Assembly (NCBI RefSeq): GCF_964204645.1
Contig: NC_134030.1
Span: 9,203,222 to 9,267,221 of the forward strand
DNA length: 64,000 nucleotides
Origin: Tubulanus polymorphus
Lineage: Eukaryota; Animalia; Nemertea
Direction: 5' to 3'
Part shown: positions 1-9,770 of the stretch, piece by piece
How the letters are laid out: every line of letters begins with the position of its first letter
How positions within the stretch are numbered: the stretch's first letter is position 1
Made by a program: the position numbers and the translations under genes
The notes under the pieces: model-generated
The model's database searches: none
What the model saw: the letters and a program-made list of their open reading frames with translations, nothing else
Told to the model about the DNA's origin: nothing

Positions 1-1
1 C

Positions 2-1033
2 AGATACACCCCCGATGCGTGCAACGAATATTGGGGCAAGAAGGATTGTCAACAGACTTGCGGACACTGCAGCCGGGGCCTACCTGTTATACCATTTGAT
101 TCGAGCGCGAATGAACCCGGCACCGATGTCGGCATTTTTCCATCGTAAGGAAGAAATTGTTTCTGGTGTCATTTTCTGAAAATTAGGTCACTACCGCACA
201 GTCCTATGAAAATGTATTGTCACTCGCCTTATCGAATGAATATCAATATCATAAAACAATCGTAAAATATTGTCTATATTGTTTTTATATAGACAATACT
301 TTAAGATTCGTGTATGCTTTCGACATTACAGACTTCGTATAGAACTTATAAGTATATTTTGTAGATATGCTATGATTTATCGTTGTAATGTATATACATG
401 TATATTGTTTTCGATTCCACGTTTTCTTTTGTCATTTCAAGCACGAATTATGGAATCCTTTATTCGCGATCACAGTGATGATAAAAGAGCATCCATATTT
501 CAAATAATAAACTTTTGAAAAGCAGATTTCATTCATTCATTCATTCATTCATTCAAATTCAAGTTCAAGTTCATTTATTTCATAGAAAAGTTTGATTTTT
601 TTATAAATGTATATTAAGATGCTGAAATAGATGAATGTTCCGTGACTGTATAATTTTTCTATGAGAGCCAAGCAAAGCCTAAATGCCCGCTAAAGCAAGC
701 CCCCAGGGCCCAGTTGCACAATCGTGACTTAAGTCAAAAAGTGGTCTTAAATCTTAAGGTTGGTCTTAAGTTGTTAGATTGGCTATAGAACTAAGTTGGT
801 CTTAGACTGGTCTTAAGTCTAAGCCATGACTATGCAACTGGCCCCACGATTGAAAGATATATTAGGCTATTTTACAGTGTATTCGATGAGGTCTTTTAGA
901 TTCGTTTTTTCACGATATTTGCAGGTGCGTAGACAACAGTAGAGAATGCTGGCACCTGTTGGCGAATAATCGTTGTCACGAGCCTCATATTATGGGTAGA
1001 TGTCCGCGAAGTTGTGCAGGTTGTGCCGACTGA
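2..1033 (+). CDS. 3' end (last two exons) of a multi-ShKT-domain protein; 5' part lies upstream of the window
   Basis: Exon ..2-144 reads RYTPDACNEYWGKKDCQQTCGHC (ShKT C-terminal CxxTCGxC), then linker SRGLPVIPFDSSANEPGTDVGIFP. Donor TC|gtaagg at 145 (phase 2) matches acceptor tttgcag|G at 924/925. Exon 925-1033 reads CVDNSRECWHLLANNRCHEPHIMGRCPRSCAGCAD*, a complete six-cysteine ShKT pattern. AATAAA at 1091. Confidence 0.85.
529..554. repeat. (TCAT)n microsatellite
   Basis: Tandem TCAT units. Confidence 0.9.
706..845. mobile_element. MITE family A (TIR ggg(c)ccagttgca, internal CTTAAG repeats) in the ShKT intron
   Basis: Inverted termini gggcccagttgca...tgcaactggcccc. Related copies at about 52648-52775, 56375-56525, 56582-56710, 56835-56970 and 60459-60592. 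Confidence 0.8.
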
Positions 1034-2293
1034 TGAAAGTCTTTCGCTGTACGTTCGGGTGGTTGGAACCGAAATACGAATATAATGACAAATAAAGCTG
1101 TATCAAACCACAGCAAAACCTCATTTTTGTCTGTTTATTTTCGCAAGTCGATCGATGTCGGCGATGTCGGTGGATCGAATCATATCGGAAAGTATTTGAA
1201 TAGATGGTTAGAAAAATATATAGATTTCAATACAAAACAGAGAACCATATCTAAAACAGGTTTTGAAAAAGACTCTTTTGAATCGACGAATAATGCATTT
1301 TATGGAAAAACGTGTGAAAATATTCGAAATATATATTCTGTATAGAAATATCATAAACATAATTAAATTCTATCTGGATAAATTACATATTATATGCTTA
1401 TTAGAAAATTATGATAGGAAAATATAATATTATGTAAACTAATTGAAATATGACGTTTTCAGATTAGGGTATGAGGTATGAGTGAGTGAAATAAAAATTG
1501 AATTCATGCCTGCGAAGATTCAATTTTTATTTTATTTTATTCACTCATACTCATACTCATTACTTATTTCAACGCCATTGCTTCTGAAATTATCGCATCT
1601 AAATGATCTAGATATCAAAACTTGTTCGTGTTGCTTATTGTATGTATGGTTTAACAGATGTATGGGTGCGACGACTTAAATTTCGTTATCAACCAGATAT
1701 TACCACCATTTCCCATCATCGCATTGCAATTCGCGCTCTAAGTTGAACTATTCGATCTTAACGTCCTGGCCGTTTGTCTAAGTTCGAGGATGCCACAAGT
1801 GTTTTGAAAGAATGATATCGATTGTATCAGCAGAGATGAGTTCTCACATTTCGACCTAGAAACATCTTCCGTACGCGATTTTACAACAATGCGATTTGAC
1901 ATTGCAAAGTCGTAATGTCATTTGAAGGTCATACAATTAATTATATGAAGCAGGTCAATAACAACATATCCTGTTTTCTTTTTAAGTCCTCATTTTCTGT
2001 CCATCGATTACAGTAATTTTCGGGTATTCCAATTTCTGAGGTTTTGTTTGTTTTTATCTTGTTAAAGTTAAATTTCTTCCAGCGATGAAGCGACGAAAAG
2101 CGTAGTTTTATCGAATGAATCGAAACAAAATAGACGGACGCGAACACTTTGTCAGCTGCGCTTATATTCTAAAAATCAGTCGAATTTATTTCCACCCGAA
2201 CAAAACAACTACATGAATGAGCCTCGTGACCGTTGGGTCTTCACACTAATTATCCATTTATTGTACTGAAGATTTTGGAAATCATTCGTTAAA

Positions 2294-4761
2294 ATGTATT
2301 CGTCGGTGCTGCCAGCAATTCTACTATTTCTCCTCGGTGAGTCTTGACAATTCTTTTTAAAGAACTTTATACAGCTTTTTAACTTAAAAATCGTCTTACT
2401 TAATGAAATGAAATAGAAAAATTCTAAAACATAATGACTAACATTTAGTTATCTCAACTATTTATTACAATCAAGCTTCCGTAGAAATTTCTAATAATTG
2501 TAAATGAATAAGATCAAATTTTCAATTTTTACTAATGATGTCAAAATCAGCAAAATTTTTATCAATCGTAGATGCATTTTCGTCGATAAATATCTCAACA
2601 AAAAGTCAATTCTTTTTATTTTTCGTAAATGGTGTCCTCGGGACGCCTCCGTAATAATAAGATGGATGAAAAAGCAATTATTTTCTTACGTGTGCATTCG
2701 CAAAACTAATAAAAAATGACTTTACTTGTGTGCGAACGTCAACGATGTCAAAACCTCAATCATATCAAAACAGATCAGACGATGATTTCTAGAGAGAGTT
2801 CGAAACTTGACCACTTTTTACTTTTTGATTTTTCAACAAAGATATTTGTTTTTGGATTTGAACAGAGTGGATTTTAAACTTAAACAGAACAGAGTGGGTT
2901 TTTTACTCTATAATCAGTTCTCCGTGTTTGAATGTGGCTTTTCTACTAACCAAACATAGCTTTTCCTTTTAGTTAAGTTTCTATAAACATTATTATCCGG
3001 TGGATGATTCTCATATGTCATCTTACATAGATTCGTCGAACTAATTAAGTGATGTGCATAATGCAAAATCATGTCGTTTTCAAAAAATTATTTTCAAGCT
3101 ATCGCTCAATCGGTGAGAGGACTGAATGATGAAGCTAGATTAATCAAAAGATTGAAAGTAATGTATCCCGATAGGTCGGTGAGACCGGTCGTTAGCTCAA
3201 CCGACAAGCTGATCGTCAAGGTCGGAGCTTATCTTATGAGAATAAACGAATTAGTAAGTTGAAGATTTCAAAATGCTATTCTAAAAATGTACATGTTTTG
3301 CTTCTTCTTTAAGCAATTATCAAACAAACCCCAAAACATCCATGCATCATGGATTCTGTATATTCGTCTATTTTAGAATACCAAGCGTAGTTTATTGTCG
3401 TTGAATGTTTGGATGAGATACGTAAGTATATACAGCAAGAAGCTAGGTCTAGCTGAAGCATAACCGTTTTCAAGGTCATGTACGAACATATAAGTCAATT
3501 ATGCGTATTGTGTAGTCTACAGGACCAAGTTCCACAGTTGTGGGTTGGCGTTAACTCTGAGTTAAAGTTAGTTCATTTTCAAGAGTTAACGCTGAGTTAA
3601 ATCTTAATTCAGAACTGTGGAACTGCACCCAGTATATTCACAAATAGAAATTAGTTAATCACTTTTATACTAAGAAAACCACGCCTAACCCGGACTTGGA
3701 CCCGGACCTATCCCGGACCTAACTCAGACTTTTTACTAACTCGGACAAAATGAAATCATTTTCAGACTTCCTAACATATCTTCCTATCCTTAACTCCTAA
3801 TTCGCCTACCTCGGATTGATTCTGCCGGTCCTAGCTTGTTCGAATTAGGCGAGGTTTACGGTATAGATCTAGTGATGAACATTTACATACGTGTCGTGGA
3901 CGCGTGACAAATGAATTGTCTTTCAGTCGTTGTTATAGCCAGCGATAATACGAATGTCAATATCTCTAATTATCAGGGATGGCATGATAATTTCTTAACA
4001 TGGGATCCAGCACGATTTGGTGGAGTAAAGAATATCCGTTTGCCGATTAAGGATATCTGGGTGCACGACGTTATCCTCTATAACGCGTAAGTATCTAAAA
4101 ATTCTGCAAATTGATGTTCGGTCGTCAGAATACGGCGTAAATTCCGACTAAAACTCAACTAATTTCCTCGTATTCTAAACTGAAACTATGGGGGCGGTTT
4201 TTGTTTTTAGAGGTTACACCAAGAATGGTTTGGGAGGTCAAACGTTGGACACGGCGTCGCTTGCGCTCGTCAGCCATAATGGAGATGTCACGTGGATTCC
4301 ACCCGCTCAATTGAACGCTTTAGTAAATACGACTGTTACGGAAAATGACGAAATAGATTGTGAACTCCGATTTGGGTCATGGACTTATCCCAAAGATTTG
4401 GTAAGTCTTGGTATTATATACCTCCAAAGGTTTGCGTGAACTTCGACACAAAACTTAATACATGTTATTAATTTCAAATTTGATGAAAGCGCTTTGGTTG
4501 ATGAGATTTGATAATTTGCAAATCACTTTTCTCCTTTCTCAGGTGGATGTCGACTTCGTCACAGAAAATCCGGGCATGGAACTAGTGTATTATGCGGAAC
4601 ACCCTAAGTACAAACTGGTGAGCAGCACGGCGGTGAAGGTCGATAAAAAGTACCCCTGTTGCGAAGAGATCTATCCGTATTTGGGCTTCCACCTTAAACT
4701 TAAAGACAGGAAGAATTGCGCATCAGATGAAGATGATGCCGATGACGATGAATTGGAGTAA
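2294..4761 (+). CDS. Secreted acetylcholine-binding-protein-like protein (nAChR alpha-type ligand-binding domain only), copy 1, 253 aa
   Basis: Exons 2294-2336, 3099-3253, 3377-3421, 3977-4086, 4211-4400, 4543-4761; all GT-AG, in phase, 762 nt total. Signal peptide MYSSVLPAILLFLLAIAQSVRG. Motifs: RPV, loop D NVWMRY, WxD..LTWDP..FGG, loop A WVHDVILYN, VTWIPP, loop B FGSWTY, loop C YPCCEEIY. The 45-nt and 110-nt exons are typical of nAChR genes. Stop falls before any M1 helix; AATAAA at 5062. Confidence 0.93.
3522..3630. mobile_element. MITE family B (ccagttccacag TIR, gagttaactc core), present only in AChBP-like copy 1 intron 3
   Basis: Inverted ends caagttccacagtt / aactgtggaactg; absent at the equivalent site in copy 2. 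Related copies at about 16362-16470, 19049-19197, 29903-30003 and 54659-54745. Confidence 0.7.
3669..3864. mobile_element. Old Tc1/mariner-like MITE in intron 3, shared by both AChBP-like copies (copy 2 about 8070-8238)
   Basis: aaaacc(a/t)c(g/a)cctaac...taggcgaggttt termini, repeated tcggac motifs, TA flanks; present in both paralogs. Confidence 0.6.
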
Positions 4762-6209
4762 CTCGTCACCAATTATACGTACACTATAAACACACCATAC
4801 ACTAATTGTATACAGTTGAATATTTGAATTATCCTAAAATTTCTTATGGAATCTTTTAGAATGGCGCATTATTCACTTACGTATAGTAGTCACATAACCC
4901 CGGTTCAATGACAATAGAATTCATTAGAAAATTACCCTGAAACCAGTATTCTTCAGAAAAACCATAGAAGTGCAAGTGAACCTATAACAATAGACGCTGG
5001 GTAGAGCGCGGCGCAAAATAATCTTGCAAAATTACATAGACTACAGATACAACGGACACCTAATAAAAGTTCAACGAAAGATATACATAGTCCTTTAATC
5101 TTTATTCACTGTCGGCTCAATCTCGTCTGGTGGATACATTCATTTCAACAAAGGCATCAAGCGGCGGTTTTGTAGGTTTCAAGAATTCGATCAGTGGAGT
5201 CATAAATACTCTATATGAAGTATTTATATTTCATAGATAATGGTTGTCAGCTTTCCGTAATAATTTTTACATATCCTACCAGTTATTGTTGATTTTGTTG
5301 ATACTCAGAAATAAGGTTAGCCGAAAAAGGAAAAGCACCGTCGTCACCTTGACAACCAATTATTGCAACACTGTACCTGTTGTCAGGGTGACAACAATCA
5401 GCCTCCGAAGCCCCAAGATGTTGTCTTTCCATCAGTACCAAGAAAGTCCGAATGGCTCGCCGATTGAAGAAAATCGATTTTCTAGCCAACTTTTGACAGT
5501 CATCTCCCATACTATCAGGCTGGCCGGCCAGTGCATGGCGTCAAAGAAGCAACGACTGTCGAACGCTGCCAGTACACGTATGTTTGAACGGTCAGGGCGG
5601 ATCCCAGAATTTGTCCAGATTCTAATAGATACGCGGATCAAAAGATTGTTAGAGACGATTGTATTTGCGGTGAGCCCAAGCCCTATGCTCTGTGTCAAAC
5701 ATGTTGAGCAAAGCAAGTGCAGTTCGTCTTGTAGTAACGAACGGTGTTGGACGTGGTTTTCACATTTGCCCCCAAGTCACAGAGAGGACTGTTGTACCCT
5801 GTTGGCCTCCTATTCCTAGAGACAGCTTCGAAAAATAGGTATTCCGCCTAAACGAGTGCAGAAGACGCGTTGTCATTTGAGGGGTTCTGGGTCTACTAAT
5901 TTTCAAAATAACGTCCCCAGAGATACCAAAACATCTCCATTTTTGAAATTTTTTTATCAAAATTAGATCTCTGTTGAATCAATTTTCTGACCATTTTGCC
6001 AGAAAGTCGGGGTCCAGTACTATAAAATGCCTCATGGTGGAGATGAATTTCACGGCATTTTCACTTTGTTTTTGTAAGAACATCTTTAAAAAATGTATCC
6101 AGTTTTGACTTCAAAGCGTTCTTGTTTTTGAGGGACCGACGGTATCCAGTCTTCTTGAACGTCCCCCAGATCCGCACCCGGTAGGGCCGTACAGGCATTT
6201 GTGATAATA

Positions 6210-6310
6210 TAACAGTAGGGAATGTAGGGCATCTTTTGGCGAATATATATTCGTTCTCGCGAGCCTCATATTACGGGTAGATGTCCGCAAAGTTGTGGAG
6301 GTTGCGATGA
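6210..6310 (+). pseudogene. Frameshifted remnant of the terminal ShKT exon, carried by the tandem duplication
   Basis: Aligns to about 935-1035. NSREC / HLLAN / EPHITGRCPQSCGGC are recognisable but separated by indels; the first Cys and the splice acceptor are missing. Similarity continues into the 3' UTR (about 6310-6430 vs 1035-1150). Confidence 0.8.
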
Positions 6311-6953
6311 CAGATGTCGTTCGTTGTACGTTCGGGTCATTGGAACCAAAGGTACGAAAATTTGATAAACGAAAGCTATCAAACCACAGCAAAACATCGT
6401 TTCTATCTTTTTATCTTTGCCAGTCAATCTATATCGGTAATAATGGTTGATCGAATTGAAAAGTGGTGGCACGAATGAATGAATTTGACCTTATTTCCAC
6501 GCCATTACTTATGATGAAATTATCGCATCTAAATGATCGAATGATTCTCGATTATTACAAAAACTAGTGCGTTTTATTGAATGTGGTTTGATATGTAAGG
6601 TGCAATGACTTTAATCCCATTATTAGCTATGAATACTCCCATCATCGCATTGCACTTCGCCCCCGAAGTTGAACTGTTATCGATTGTGGCAGCAGAGATA
6701 AATTCTCACATCTTGACCCAGAAACATCTTCCGTACGCGATTATACAACAATGCAATTTGACATTGCAAAGTCGTAATGTCATTTGAAGGTCATAACGAT
6801 GATAATAAACAAGTCAATGACAACAGATCTTGTTTTCTTTTATCGGTGCTCGTTTTGTATCCATCGAGTACAGGTAGTCTCGTGACCGCGGGGTCATCGC
6901 ACTATTAATCCCAATTTATTGTTCCGAAGATCGTATGGAAATCATTTCTTAAT

Positions 6954-9154
6954 ATGAATTCGTCGGTACTACCAGCTATTTTGCTATCTCTCCTCGGTGA
7001 GTCTAAAAAGTTTTTGAAAAATTATCTACAGCTTTTGAATTTAACAGAAATCGATCTTCTTACCTTATGAAATAGAATAGAAAAATTCTTAAACACAATT
7101 TAGATTACTCAATTCTAAAACAAAGTTTAAATTATTCATTTAGAAAAATTTGTATAATTGCTGATTCCGTATTGGATAGGTTAAAAAGCAATTATTTTCT
7201 TACGTCGGCTTGACTTACTAGTTAGTGCATTCGCGAAACTAAAAAGAACTTCACTTGCATTGACGTCAACGATGTCAAAACCTCCAACACGACATAACAG
7301 ACTGACGATGAGTTCTAGAGAGAGTTCGAAACGCGTCCTCTCTTATTAATTGTAGATTTTTAAATAAAGACTTTTGTTTTTAGATTTGTACAAAGTGGGT
7401 TTCCACTATATAATCTATTCTCCACGTTTGAGTATGGCTCTACTACTCAAACATAACTTTACCAAGTTTCTATAAACATCAGACCCGGTGGTTGATTCGT
7501 ATATCTTTATGTCATCTAGAAAGAATCGTCGAACTAATGAAGAAATGTACATTTACCATTATGTTCGCTTTTTTGATAATTTCAAGCTATCGCCCAAACG
7601 GCGAGAGGACTGAATGATGAAGCTAGATTAATCAAAAGATTGAAATCAGAGTATCCGGATAGGTCGGCAAGGCCGGTCGCTAGCTCTTCCAACAAGGTGG
7701 ATGTCAAGGTCGGAGCTTATCTTTTCAGGATAAACGAATTAGTAAGTTGAAGATTTCAAAAATTTAAAAGTATTTGCTACATTTCTTACATTTCTCCATT
7801 TCCCTATGGAGTGATTACTCCAAGAATAAACCAACCCCCGTCATTATAATCTATGAATCATCTATTCCATATGTGTCTATTTTAGAATACCAAGCGCAAT
7901 TTCTTGTCGTTGAATGTTTGGATGAGATACGTAAGTACAGCAAGAACCCATAGATCTAGCCGTTTTCCAACGTCTTATACGAATATTCAAACGTTTTAAG
8001 TCAATAGTCGTTCTTCGCTGATTAAAGTCTATTGAAAAATATGAATTAGCTTATCACTTATATACGTACTACAGAAAACCTCACCTAACTCGGACATCAT
8101 AACCAACTCAGACTTTTGACTAACTCGGACATTTTTCTGTTTTCTGAGCACATTTCGCTACCCTTAAGTCGGACTTCGTTTACCTCGGACCGATTTTGCC
8201 GGTCCCAATTTATTCGCGTAAGGCGAGCTTTGCTGTATAAATCAGATGGTAAATATCTACGTGTGATGGACGCGTGACAAATGAATTGTCTTGCAGTCGT
8301 TGTTATAGCCAGCGACGAATGGCCATATCATTGATCTCTAATTAACAGGGATGGCAGGATGATTTCTTAAAATGGGATCCAGCACAATTTGGAGGAATGA
8401 AAAATATCCGTTTGCCGATTAAGGATATCTGGACGCATGACGTTATCCTCTTTAACGCGTAAGTATTGAACTCTGTACAAATTGATATTTATGGCGTAAA
8501 TTCCGACTGAAATTGCATGCGAGACACTGTGGTCCAATACAAAGTACTAATTTCTTCGTATTCTAAACTGAAACTAGAGGGCAACGATTTTTGTTTTCAG
8601 AGGTTACACCAGGAACGGTTTGGGAGGTCAGATGTTGGACATGACGGCGCTGGCGCTCGTCACCCATACTGGATATGTCACGTGGATTCCACCCGCTCAA
8701 CTGAACGCGTTGGTAAATACGACCGTTACGGAAAATGACGATATAGATTGCGAACTCCGATTTGGATCATGGACTTACAGCAGAAATTTGGTAAGTACCG
8801 TAATGATATATATATCTTCAATAATCTGCGTGAACTTCGACATAAATTTCAATACACGCAATTCATTTCTTATTTGATGAAAGCGCGAGTTGGTTAATGA
8901 GATTTGATAATTCGCAAATAACTTTTCTCCTTTCTCAGGTGGATGTCAACTTCATCAGCGAAAAACCGGGCATGGAACTGCTGTACTATGTGGAACACCC
9001 GAAGTACAAACTGGTGAGCAGCACGGCGGTGAGGATCGAGAAGAAGTACCCCTGCTGCGAAGAGATCTATCCGTCTTTGGGCTTCCACCTTAAACTTAAA
9101 GACAGAAAAGATGTTAAGCCAGATGATGATGATGATGTTGACGATCAAATGTAG
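6954..9154 (+). CDS. Secreted AChBP-like protein, copy 2, 252 aa
   Basis: Exons 6954-6996, 7587-7741, 7886-7930, 8349-8458, 8601-8790, 8939-9154 (759 nt). Same phases as copy 1 and same exon sizes except the last. Signal MNSSVLPAILLSLLAIAQTARG; loop A WTHDVILFN; FGSWTY; YPCCEEIY; tail KDVKPDDDDDVDDQM*; AATAAA at 9381. Confidence 0.93.
7302..7337 (+). ncRNA. Minimal hammerhead-ribozyme-like motif (Penelope-type) in intron 1 of AChBP-like copy 2
   Basis: CTGACGA-T-GAGTTCT-agag-AGAGTTC-GAAA-CGCG-TC: intact core boxes, 7-bp stem II (two G-U pairs), palindromic ACGCGT stem III, GTC triplet, AATAAA downstream. Stem I pairing is poor. Degenerate counterpart at 2776-2811. Confidence 0.55.
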
Positions 9155-9649
9155 TAACTCGCGGAAATAGTTGAATATTTGAATTATCCTAGGTCTTCTT
9201 ACAGCATCTTTTAGAACGGCACTTAAATTCACTTAATTGTCATATTTACCCGATATTTTATGGTTCAATTAGAATAGGATTCATTAGAAAATCGCACTAA
9301 AATCTACTCTTTAGAAAACTAGACAATGGGTAGGAAGATTTTATCTTATCCGTATAAAACGCCCGGTAGAAACTACACCTAATAAAACTTTAATAGAAAA
9401 ATGAATATATGTAGTTTTTTTTTTCATTCACTGTCGGCGCAATCTCCTCTTGCTGATACATTCAACAAACAAATTGCGACATTTTTTATAGGTTCAGCAC
9501 TCGTTTCAAGAACTAGACATTGTTCAGTGGAGTCAGGCACCGGTCGCCGGTCGCCAGTGGTGTTAAATAGTTCAGTTGTTGGCCCACTGGCCGCCACTCG
9601 GGATATGAAAGTGGTGAAAAACGTTTCCTTGAAATTCTCGCCTTAAAAC

Positions 9650-9770
<121 letters not shown>

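Larger units (their letters stand above)
935..9530 (+). repeat. Tandem segmental duplication: unit A about 935-5200, unit B about 6210-9530
   Basis: Colinear similarity across the ShKT exon, intergenic blocks (1570-2340 vs 6495-7000), all introns and exons, and the 3' flank (ends ...cagtggagtca at about 5200 and 9535). Confidence 0.9.

Noticed and set aside
146-148. TAA as the stop of the ShKT gene
   Set aside because: It overlaps a gtaagg donor whose phase matches the 925 acceptor and a full ShKT exon; splicing is the better reading.
4744-4761. C-terminal DDELE as a KDEL-type ER retention signal
   Set aside because: DDEL is not terminal (extra Glu), and the paralog ends DDQM.
5244-5819. 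191-aa ORF
   Set aside because: TTG start, no recognisable domain or splice context.
2294-9154. Truncated or pseudogenised nAChR alpha subunits
   Set aside because: Both have intact frames, signal peptides, splice sites, equivalent stops and poly(A) signals, with many synonymous differences. No TM exons are visible downstream.
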